A stretch of 64,000 bases of DNA from Pseudomonadota bacterium (GTDB lineage: Bacteria > Bdellovibrionota > Bdellovibrionia > Bdellovibrionales > SG-bin7), in the NCBI GenBank assembly GCA_034439715.1, contig JAWXAY010000080.1:2063-66062 (forward strand), given 5' to 3'. Shown one piece after another: positions 28,666 through 36,358 of the stretch. The notes under the pieces were generated by a model that saw only the letters and a program-made list of their open reading frames with translations, did no database searches and was not told where the DNA came from. The stretch's first letter is position 1, and every line of letters starts with the position of its first letter. Made by a program: the position numbers and the translations under genes.

Positions 28666-29851
28666 CTTTGCTATTATTGGCGGCGGAGTTATTGGCCTGA
28701 CTCTGGCCAGATCTTTAAAAAAGAAATATCCCACTCAAAGTATCGCTGTTCTCGAAAAAGAACCCAACTTAGGCGCACATTCTAGCGGTCGTAACAGCGG
28801 GGTCATTCATGCTGGATTCTACTATACGGCCGATAGCCTAAAAGCTAAGTTTACTCGCGAGGGCAATAAAAGACTGCACAGCTACTGCAAAGAGCGCCGT
28901 TTAAAAATTCGTGAGTGTGGAAAACTTGTTGTCACACGTAACGAGCAAGAAGAGGCGGACCTAGATGAACTCTATCGTCGGGGTGAACATAATCAGGTGC
29001 CTTTAGAGTTGATTAGCCGAGATGAGGCCTACAAAATTGAGCCAAGAGTTAAAACCCTAAGACGAGCGCTCTGGTCGCCGACCACGGCCTCTATCGACCC
29101 CCATGAAGTATTACATGCTTTACAAAAAGATTGCCTGCAATCGGGCATTGAAATCTTATTTGGCACGGCTTACCGCGGACGGGATAACGACAAAATTAAA
29201 ACAAGTAAGGGTGATATTGCAGTTGGTTATACTATAAATGCCGCCGGACTTTATGCCGATCGAATAGCTCGCGATTTTGGTTTTTCTAAAGATTATAGGA
29301 TTTTGCCTTTTAAAGGTCTTTATATTTATTCTAATGAGCCAGCGAACTCTTTTAAAACCAATATTTATCCTGTGCCTAATTTGAAAAATCCCTTTTTAGG
29401 AGTTCATTTTACCGTAACAGTTGATGGTCATGTGAAAATTGGACCGACCGCTATTCCTGCGCTTTGGCGCGAACAGTATGGTTTTTTTGAAAACTTTCAA
29501 ATGGGAGAGTTCTGCGAGGTGGTTTTTCGCGAGATGGGATTATTTTTTAGCGCCGATTTCGATTTTAGGGGTTTAGCGCTTGAAGAGATAAAAAAGTATT
29601 CTCGCAAGTATATGGTGAAATTAGCTTCTGAGTTAGCTGAAGGTGTTGACTCAAAAAATTATCTAAAATGGGGAAAGCCCGGTATTCGCGCGCAACTCTA
29701 CAATATTAAAATCAAAAAATTAGAAATGGATTTTATTTTTGAGGGTGATAAGAAATCGTTTCATGTGCTAAACGCCGTGTCGCCTGGATTTACAGCCTCA
29801 ATGCCGTTTGCCGATTATTTAGTAGACCGGCTGACCGAACTGGCGAATTAG
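28652..29851 (+). CDS. FAD-dependent oxidoreductase, L-2-hydroxyglutarate oxidase (LhgO)-like
   Basis: 399 aa. FDFAIIGGGVIGL dinucleotide fold, SSGRNSGVIHAGFYY. Last gene of the operon, with a 14-nt overlap. Confidence 0.6.
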   Translation: MQTFDFAIIGGGVIGLTLARSLKKKYPTQSIAVLEKEPNLGAHSSGRNSGVIHAGFYYTADSLKAKFTREGNKRLHSYCKERRLKIRECGKLVVTRNEQEEADLDELYRRGEHNQVPLELISRDEAYKIEPRVKTLRRALWSPTTASIDPHEVLHALQKDCLQSGIEILFGTAYRGRDNDKIKTSKGDIAVGYTINAAGLYADRIARDFGFSKDYRILPFKGLYIYSNEPANSFKTNIYPVPNLKNPFLGVHFTVTVDGHVKIGPTAIPALWREQYGFFENFQMGEFCEVVFREMGLFFSADFDFRGLALEEIKKYSRKYMVKLASELAEGVDSKNYLKWGKPGIRAQLYNIKIKKLEMDFIFEGDKKSFHVLNAVSPGFTASMPFADYLVDRLTELAN

Positions 29852-29868
29852 CGCGATTAAATTTAATT

Positions 29869-31356
29869 TTAACGAATGCCATATAGTTGCTTTCTAATAA
29901 AGGCGAGAACGCCCATTGGCAAATATTGTTTTAGCGAACTTACCGGCAACAATCCCAGAAAACTGTGTATGACGCGCTTTATGAATAGTCCAGATAACCG
30001 TGTATAGGAAATATTCATAAGTTCCCGCTCTAGGCGTTCCATGTTCTTGGACAAATTAACTTCGTGTTGAGCGCTTAAGAAGAATCTTGTCTGAAGAGGG
30101 TCTGGGGGTTTTGCGTTGTCCTCAAACCCCGCCTTTTCTTCAAAAGAGGCAGGCTTTATTTTATGGGATACAACTGTTATCGCCCCGCGGGTTTTCGATT
30201 TCGTAAGCCCAAAGCGCTCAGCAAAAAATGAAATACGTTTTTCGTGAGTGTGGTGTTCGTTGAGAATCTCGGCGGCACTCAAAACCAGGCGCTTTCTCAA
30301 TGAATTGTCATTTATGAGCGCGCGAGAATATTCGTAAGCTTCTGCCATGTTGGAGTAGTATAGAGCGGCCACGTTGTGAGGAAAAACCTCAGCACACTTT
30401 TGGTTTTTCTCAGAAAGAATAGCTGCCCCATGCACGGCGCTATCAAAGATTCTAAAGTTAGGACCCCCATTTTTATTCTGGCTATGAAATATGTTTAAAT
30501 TAATTTTAAATTGGCGTAATAGATGAGACATCTGCTCGTGAGTGCAAACATTTGCATAGGAGTAATTTTTTAATAATTCTGGAGCGACTCCCCAAAGATA
30601 AAATAACCAGTCGTAGCCTCCACATACCTGTAAGTCAAAATCCGTCAATGCCGACAAAATGCGTGCCCTTTTGATTCCAGAGAATGCATTTTTTAAATCT
30701 TTTGATCTTACAATTTGGCCCTTCTCAGTTAACCAAAGCTCTTCCAAGCTCGGTTCTGAAAAAATAGCTTCATACAGTTGTCGGCCAAAATAAAATTCTT
30801 TATTTGAAGATCGATATAGACCAGCCTTAGCGAGCTCAATATAATTGCAGGCCCAAAGTGTACCTAAATGAACTATGTCTCGCGGCCGATCTATTTCAGT
30901 ATATAGACTCTCAGCCTTTGCACCCACGCTAGAAAATGGCAGCCACTGCATTTTTTGATTGAGCGTACGGCTACTCTCAAAGTCGATACAGGCAGAAAAA
31001 ATATCGGTTAACTTACTATTTGTTACCGATTGCGGATTCAAGAGATCAGGAGAATCCCAGTACCAAGTAACAGCAGGTACGGATTTTTTCTCTAAATAAC
31101 CCATGGTCTCGGCAGTAAGCCCGGCGGCATTAAGTGAGATGACGAGATCAGGTGCCAACTGTTCCAATCCTTTTGAAAACTTATAAGCGTCATGGAGATT
31201 TTTGAAATCAAAGTCATTACATTGAAAATAACCAACATCAAAACCGAAGTCCGCAATGGCATTGATGAATGAATGACGCGTGGCATCCACAGATCGTCCG
31301 TCATTCATGTATGACTCAGAAAGAACAGCAATACGGGGCATTTGTTTATTAATCAA
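29869..31356 (-). CDS. CgeB-like / GT1-type glycosyltransferase-family protein (uncertain)
   Basis: 495 aa. N-terminal RIAVLSESYMNDG...DLVISLNAAG...VTWYWDSPD resembles DUF3880/CgeB-type proteins as I recall them. No firm catalytic motif was identified. Confidence 0.35.
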   Translation of the reverse strand: MINKQMPRIAVLSESYMNDGRSVDATRHSFINAIADFGFDVGYFQCNDFDFKNLHDAYKFSKGLEQLAPDLVISLNAAGLTAETMGYLEKKSVPAVTWYWDSPDLLNPQSVTNSKLTDIFSACIDFESSRTLNQKMQWLPFSSVGAKAESLYTEIDRPRDIVHLGTLWACNYIELAKAGLYRSSNKEFYFGRQLYEAIFSEPSLEELWLTEKGQIVRSKDLKNAFSGIKRARILSALTDFDLQVCGGYDWLFYLWGVAPELLKNYSYANVCTHEQMSHLLRQFKINLNIFHSQNKNGGPNFRIFDSAVHGAAILSEKNQKCAEVFPHNVAALYYSNMAEAYEYSRALINDNSLRKRLVLSAAEILNEHHTHEKRISFFAERFGLTKSKTRGAITVVSHKIKPASFEEKAGFEDNAKPPDPLQTRFFLSAQHEVNLSKNMERLERELMNISYTRLSGLFIKRVIHSFLGLLPVSSLKQYLPMGVLAFIRKQLYGIR

Positions 31357-31403
31357 TAAGCACCTTTGGTCGCAGTTCGGGAGAAGTTATCATTGTACAT
31401 TCT

Positions 31404-32780
31404 TTGATGGGTAAAGTAATAAATTGTATCTTTATGAAGGTCAATTTGAGTTTTTTATCAGGCATGTTGGTCCCTAAAATCTTAACTGCTTTTGCAGCTA
31501 TTTTTTTTGTAACCTTTTTTGCGGCTTCGACAAAGGAAGGTCTGCCTGCTCAGTTGGATTTCACCTCTAAGACTGATGAAGTTGTTAGTTATTTTGGTGG
31601 GGATGTCCAATATTACATGGAGCAAGCTCGTGATTGGTTAGAAAATGGAAAGTTTGGGACCTGGCATGTGAGTATTTTTCCTCCAGGTACAGCAATTGTT
31701 TGGTCGGGGATAATCAAATATTCAGGTGAGAAAAATTTTCTATATGGTTCGATGCTGGTGACTGTTTTTCTGTGGGCAGTGGCATTGACTTTGATGTTTT
31801 TTGCTTTGAGTTCTTTGAGGCCATGGTGGTTAAGATTCCTTGCGACGATAGGGATCTGGTTTTTTTCTTCATTTCGGGATTGGTCTCTTGGGGTTGGTTT
31901 AGCTTTTTCAGAATCCAAGGCTACACCTTTGTTTATAGCGGCTCTTGCCTGTGCCTTCTTGGGACTTAAAAATAGAGCGCTATCTGGCATTTTAGGCGGC
32001 GTTATATTTATGACTCTCGCCACCTACGCAAGAGTATACTTTGATACGCTGGGAATATTTATTTATGGGGCTCTTTTTGTTTGTGGTATGGCAGCCCTGT
32101 ATTTCAAAGTTCAAAAAAATGAGTCCAGCAAAAAGCTAATACTCAGCATGTTGGTGGCACTGCCATTATTTTTCTGCTTATTGTTTCCATGGAAATGGCG
32201 CAATATGCGTGATCCTCAGGTGGGTAAGTTTGCCATGGCGCCCGCCCATCAGCACATGACTTTTTATAATCTGTGGCTAACAGATGAGAAGTTGCCTGAA
32301 TTTATAATCGGTGGAAATAGCGCCTGTCATGCTCAGCCCGAAACCTGTGAAAAACTAGATCAAGCTGATCTAAAAACTCTTACAGATGACGTAAGACGTA
32401 ACCTTGCACTTGGCGCTCTCGTGAGAAATCCCTTAAGTTGGTATTGGCATCGAGCAAAAGTTTTCTCAAAATTTTGGGTAGATCAGAGTTGGAACCCCAG
32501 CTCTTGGTTAATGGCTACTGAGGGAATTATTGTTTTTTCATTTGTGCTTTATAGTTTGTGGATCATATTTAGGGGAGTCAGGGCGAGGAAAAATGAATTG
32601 ATCGATTGGGCCGCTTACTCTATTGGTGCCGCTTTCTTTTTGCACAGCTGGATTATGTTTACATTTGCAGGAATGGATTATAGGCATTCATTGCCACTCA
32701 GGCTCTTCTTCTATTATTTTCCGTTTCTCATTTTATCCCTTAAACTTAGAAAGCCCTCGCCCATCAAGGTACCTGCGTGA
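31404..32780 (+). CDS. Polytopic membrane protein, possible GT-C-type glycosyltransferase or polymerase
   Basis: 458 aa, about 10 or more TM helices. First loop has a GGDVQYYMEQARDW acidic/aromatic motif reminiscent of GT-C enzymes. The start is uncertain (alternative ATG at 31434). Confidence 0.35.
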   Translation: MMGKVINCIFMKVNLSFLSGMLVPKILTAFAAIFFVTFFAASTKEGLPAQLDFTSKTDEVVSYFGGDVQYYMEQARDWLENGKFGTWHVSIFPPGTAIVWSGIIKYSGEKNFLYGSMLVTVFLWAVALTLMFFALSSLRPWWLRFLATIGIWFFSSFRDWSLGVGLAFSESKATPLFIAALACAFLGLKNRALSGILGGVIFMTLATYARVYFDTLGIFIYGALFVCGMAALYFKVQKNESSKKLILSMLVALPLFFCLLFPWKWRNMRDPQVGKFAMAPAHQHMTFYNLWLTDEKLPEFIIGGNSACHAQPETCEKLDQADLKTLTDDVRRNLALGALVRNPLSWYWHRAKVFSKFWVDQSWNPSSWLMATEGIIVFSFVLYSLWIIFRGVRARKNELIDWAAYSIGAAFFLHSWIMFTFAGMDYRHSLPLRLFFYYFPFLILSLKLRKPSPIKVPA

Positions 32781-33397
32781 AGCCACAGTCATTCACTCAC
32801 ATAGAAACTACAGAGAAAGTGGTTGCCCTGACTTTCGATGATGGGCCCTATCTACCTTATACTCCACAAGTGCTGTCGATTTTAGAAAAGTACGATGCGA
32901 AAGCCACGTTTTATTTTCAAGGTACCCATATCGAAGAAAATTTTGACTGTGCGGTTCGCGCTCATCAATTGGGTCATGAATTAGGAAATCACTCTTACTC
33001 TCATAGGTCATTTAGGAAGAGACCACCGACGTCATTGTATCGAGAGATCGTACGAACAGATAAATTGCTTGAAAAAATTGGTGTCGACTATCAGACAACT
33101 TTTCGTCCTCCCTTTGGCGAAGTAACCTTTATGTTGGGAATTATACTTTGGAAGCTCAATAAAAAGGTTATTTATTACAGTGTGGTCCCTAAGGAACATG
33201 AGCTTATAACTCCTGAGAATATACATGATTATTGTGTAAAAAATGTATTTCCCGGCTCAGTGATTGTACTTCACGATGGTGGCAAGAATCGTGAAAACAC
33301 AGTATTGGCCGTCGAAATGATTGTTAAAACTCTCACAGAAAAGGGCTACTCCTTTAAAACCATCTCAGATTTATTTGGTTTCGGAAACGGTCATTAG
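32777..33397 (+). CDS. Polysaccharide deacetylase (NodB/CE4 family)
   Basis: 206 aa. VALTFDDGP, GHELGNHSYSH, FRPPFG. Confidence 0.8.
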   Translation: MKPQSFTHIETTEKVVALTFDDGPYLPYTPQVLSILEKYDAKATFYFQGTHIEENFDCAVRAHQLGHELGNHSYSHRSFRKRPPTSLYREIVRTDKLLEKIGVDYQTTFRPPFGEVTFMLGIILWKLNKKVIYYSVVPKEHELITPENIHDYCVKNVFPGSVIVLHDGGKNRENTVLAVEMIVKTLTEKGYSFKTISDLFGFGNGH

Positions 33398-33494
33398 TCC
33401 TCCTCAAGATTTGGTATAAGTTAAAAACTTTCTTGCTCTATAGGCTAATCGAAGGCCCACTTGACTCGATAAGACCACAACTCTCCCGATATCT

Positions 33495-34010
33495 TCACTT
33501 TCGTAAATTAAGAAAAGCCAAAATCGCATTAACGTGACTATTAAAATCAGTGTGATCAATATTATTCTGAATAATGAGGTCAGGGTTTTTTGGTTCTTCT
33601 GCCGCAAGATCAAAACCCACGACGTCTTTCATGGTGCCCTTTTCAAAAGAGCTATAGAGGTTTCGGGCATTGCGATTTTTTAAAACTTCCTTATCAACTT
33701 GAATTAAGACCTCGGTATACCCTATGAAATTTTTGCGATTCCACTCATGTATCTCCGAAAAAAGCGACATTGTAGAAACCACTACCCAAAAATTTTGAGC
33801 GTCAAGCGCTTTCGCAAATCGACATATTCGATAGGCGTTCGTCAGTCTGCTTTGATAATCATGCTTAATCTGAGGATCCCCAACGATCTCTCGCACCAAA
33901 TCGCCATCGACACTTACTACTGTTAAGTTTCGATTTCTCATTTCTCCGACCAAAGCCTTAGCAATCGTGGTTTTTCCTGCGCCAGAGAGTCCTGTTATCC
34001 AAATGACCAT
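33495..34010 (-). CDS. APS-kinase-fold kinase, Cj1415-like (candidate cytidine diphosphoramidate 3'-kinase)
   Basis: 171 aa. P-loop ITGLSGAGKTT and VDGD. No cysD/N/H nearby. Last gene of the operon matching cj1418c-cj1415c. Confidence 0.65.
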   Translation of the reverse strand: MVIWITGLSGAGKTTIAKALVGEMRNRNLTVVSVDGDLVREIVGDPQIKHDYQSRLTNAYRICRFAKALDAQNFWVVVSTMSLFSEIHEWNRKNFIGYTEVLIQVDKEVLKNRNARNLYSSFEKGTMKDVVGFDLAAEEPKNPDLIIQNNIDHTDFNSHVNAILAFLNLRK

Positions 34011-34012
34011 GA

Positions 34013-34960
34013 CTAAAATGCCTTTTCGAAATGTTTAATAAATTCTGCGAAAAGATTTTTCGGCAGATGATTGATGCCTGCAGCACCAGCCCGACCTCCG
34101 CCTGTTTCATAGCGAGAACAAAGCTCGACGGCGCCACTGGCGGATACTAGCGGGGCTCTTACGGAAACCATAAATCCATCTTGCCCGTTGTCTACGGCCA
34201 CACAGTGCGCGATTGAAGGTTCTTGTTGTGCTAAATAGTGACCCACCTCTCCTATCACGCGTTGAGCCCAGGGCTGATGAGGCAAAACCAATGTATTATT
34301 AAAGGGAATATGGAGCTGCAAGGCTTTTTCGAGGTCCTGCTGCCTTCTTAAAAAGAGCTCCCTACACAAGGTGTCTTGTTTAATGAAATCAAGAGGGTTT
34401 GCGAATTTTGCAATTCTCTTCCACAATTCTGAAGGATTAATGTAGAGGTCTTCAATTTTTAAGCCATAAGAATTGTAATTGAGGGCTTGGCCAAGTTCGG
34501 TTAGCAGAGTGATGTCGTTTTTAGCTAGTTTTGCTTTTACGCAAATATCAATAGCTGTTTGATGAATATTGTCACCGAATAGTCCAACAGCGGCCCACAA
34601 TTGATGTTGCTCATTTAAAAACTGGTTGACGATCCAAGATGTATTTACACTTGATGAAGTATCGATCCAGCATTGGAGGTTCTCATGAATTAGTAAGGTG
34701 TCAGATTTGCTTTTGTGATGGTCAAACCACCGAACATGGCAACCTTGTGATAAAAGTTTCTCTAAGGCCAAATGATTTTTTTCGATTTCAATATCAAGTA
34801 CAGTCACGGATGTAGACTTAACATCAGATATATTTTTAAGCAAAAGGGTGTCTCGCTTTACACCGGTGACAAGAACTGGCGGCTGAGCGAGTTCTTCAGC
34901 TAAACAGAGCTGTTGGAGAGCGCAGATCCCATCGGCATCACCATTAAAAACGAAAATCAT
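34013..34960 (-). CDS. DHH/DHHA1-family phosphoesterase
   Basis: 315 aa. Motif I FNGDADGICA, motif II VLDIEI, motif III WFDHHKS (D80-H81-H82), motif IV GLFGDN, and DHHA1 motif ETGGGRAGAAGI. Confidence 0.75.
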   Translation of the reverse strand: MIFVFNGDADGICALQQLCLAEELAQPPVLVTGVKRDTLLLKNISDVKSTSVTVLDIEIEKNHLALEKLLSQGCHVRWFDHHKSKSDTLLIHENLQCWIDTSSSVNTSWIVNQFLNEQHQLWAAVGLFGDNIHQTAIDICVKAKLAKNDITLLTELGQALNYNSYGLKIEDLYINPSELWKRIAKFANPLDFIKQDTLCRELFLRRQQDLEKALQLHIPFNNTLVLPHQPWAQRVIGEVGHYLAQQEPSIAHCVAVDNGQDGFMVSVRAPLVSASGAVELCSRYETGGGRAGAAGINHLPKNLFAEFIKHFEKAF

Positions 34961-35696
34961 GAGACCATCCTGAAGTACTTAAAAGCTGCTCACACACACT
35001 TAAGTCTTTCTTACTATCAATTTCACACCACTTGCCTTCGACACCAACTGTATTAATTGTCGCACCACTCTGTAAAAGTAAGTTAAGCAGACTTGTCATG
35101 TCTAATTTGTTTCTCTTTATGGGATCAAGTTGAGTGAGTTGCTGAGTTATTTTTTTCCAGCCAGAAGGGTTGATCAGCAGAAGTCCCATATATTGACCCT
35201 GGATATCCGAAAAATTTTGGGTTTTTTTTCCGATTTCAATTAATTTACCGTTTGTGTTCATTATGAAGGACTCGGCATCTGAAAGCGGATTTTCAAAACG
35301 TTTTTCCCAAAGCTGTAACCACAAGCGATCGTAAGAGATCACAATATCCCCAGAACTATTCATGAGTTGTTTAACTATACTGGGATGGTAAACAATATCA
35401 GAGTAACTCACTAAGCAAGTTTCGTTTTCTAACCACTCGCTGGCACACACCAGTGACTGAACCATATTGGTTTGTTCCCAGTCGGAATTGATAAAGGCTC
35501 GATCTGCGTAAGGGGCCAACATGTCTGCGCGATATCCTGTGACAATTCCAATTTGAGAAACAACTGAAGTTCTTAAGGATTGAATTTGCCATTCTAAAAG
35601 AGTTCTTCCTAAAAGCTGTACTAAGCATTTTGGATTATTCTCGGTCAATTGGTTTAGACGTGCCCCTCTGCCAGCGGCAAGGATTATCGCTTTCAC
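34944..35696 (-). CDS. LicC-type nucleotidyltransferase, Cj1416-like (candidate CTP:phosphoramidate cytidylyltransferase)
   Basis: 250 aa. MKAIILAAGRGARL...PKCLV. Position in the operon equals that of cj1416c. Confidence 0.65.
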   Translation of the reverse strand: MKAIILAAGRGARLNQLTENNPKCLVQLLGRTLLEWQIQSLRTSVVSQIGIVTGYRADMLAPYADRAFINSDWEQTNMVQSLVCASEWLENETCLVSYSDIVYHPSIVKQLMNSSGDIVISYDRLWLQLWEKRFENPLSDAESFIMNTNGKLIEIGKKTQNFSDIQGQYMGLLLINPSGWKKITQQLTQLDPIKRNKLDMTSLLNLLLQSGATINTVGVEGKWCEIDSKKDLSVCEQLLSTSGWSHDFRF

Positions 35697-36358
35697 TGTT
35701 CTCCTTTCAACGCAAAGAAGGAGCGAATTAATTTGTGGCTCAAGTCAGGGTTTTTTTCTTTACGCTCAGGATGCCACTGAATTCCACCGACCCTATGCTG
35801 TTTATGAATAAGGCCTTCGACCCACTCGCCATCAGTAGTGAGGGCAATGGGCTCTAGTCCATCAGCCAGCTCGTCTTTTCTGACTCCAAAATTGTGAAAC
35901 GAGTTTACCTCATATTCTTGATCAAGGCCTTTTGGCACAAACTCACTTTGAGTTAATTGAATCAGGTGCTCTTTGCCCACATGGAGGTTGGAATTATGAG
36001 GACGAACTTCTCTACCGTAATAATTTTGAATAACCTGTAAACCACGGCAAATGCCAAAAACAGGAATTTTTTTTTGAATGGCAAAATTTAAAATTGAGTT
36101 TTCAGTTTCGTCTCGCCGAGGTGCGGAACCTAAATCATTTCCTCCAGTTAGTATGACGCTATCGATATCCCATTTTTGCAAATAGCCAACGATATCTGAA
36201 CCCAGATTCGGTAGGAGTAACCAGGAAATCTCGGGTAAGGTTTTTGACATAAACTGGTACCAGTCATGAGAAATAGCATCACGTTCTTCGAAATACTTTT
36301 CGGCATTGGCAATCCTTAGGCTCAGTCCTAATCTTTTAGCCCCCAGTTCATTAACCAT
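35693..36358 (-). CDS. Class I glutamine amidotransferase / peptidase C26 gamma-glutamyl hydrolase, Cj1417-like
   Basis: 221 aa. Nucleophile elbow FGICRGLQVI and GIQWHPE. Confidence 0.7.
   Translation of the reverse strand: MVNELGAKRLGLSLRIANAEKYFEERDAISHDWYQFMSKTLPEISWLLLPNLGSDIVGYLQKWDIDSVILTGGNDLGSAPRRDETENSILNFAIQKKIPVFGICRGLQVIQNYYGREVRPHNSNLHVGKEHLIQLTQSEFVPKGLDQEYEVNSFHNFGVRKDELADGLEPIALTTDGEWVEGLIHKQHRVGGIQWHPERKEKNPDLSHKLIRSFFALKGEQ

Noticed and set aside
33404-33613. 69-aa minus-strand ORF overlapping the 3' end of the APS-kinase-like gene
   Set aside because: It overlaps the kinase gene out of frame and is not needed to explain the region. The hydrophobic translation is probably fortuitous in AT-rich DNA.
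33495-34010. Annotating the 171-aa P-loop kinase as CysC for sulfate assimilation or polysaccharide sulfation
   Set aside because: No ATP sulfurylase (cysD/cysN or sat), PAPS reductase or sulfotransferase gene is in the window. The operon context matches cj1415c instead. Sulfation cannot be fully excluded without assays.
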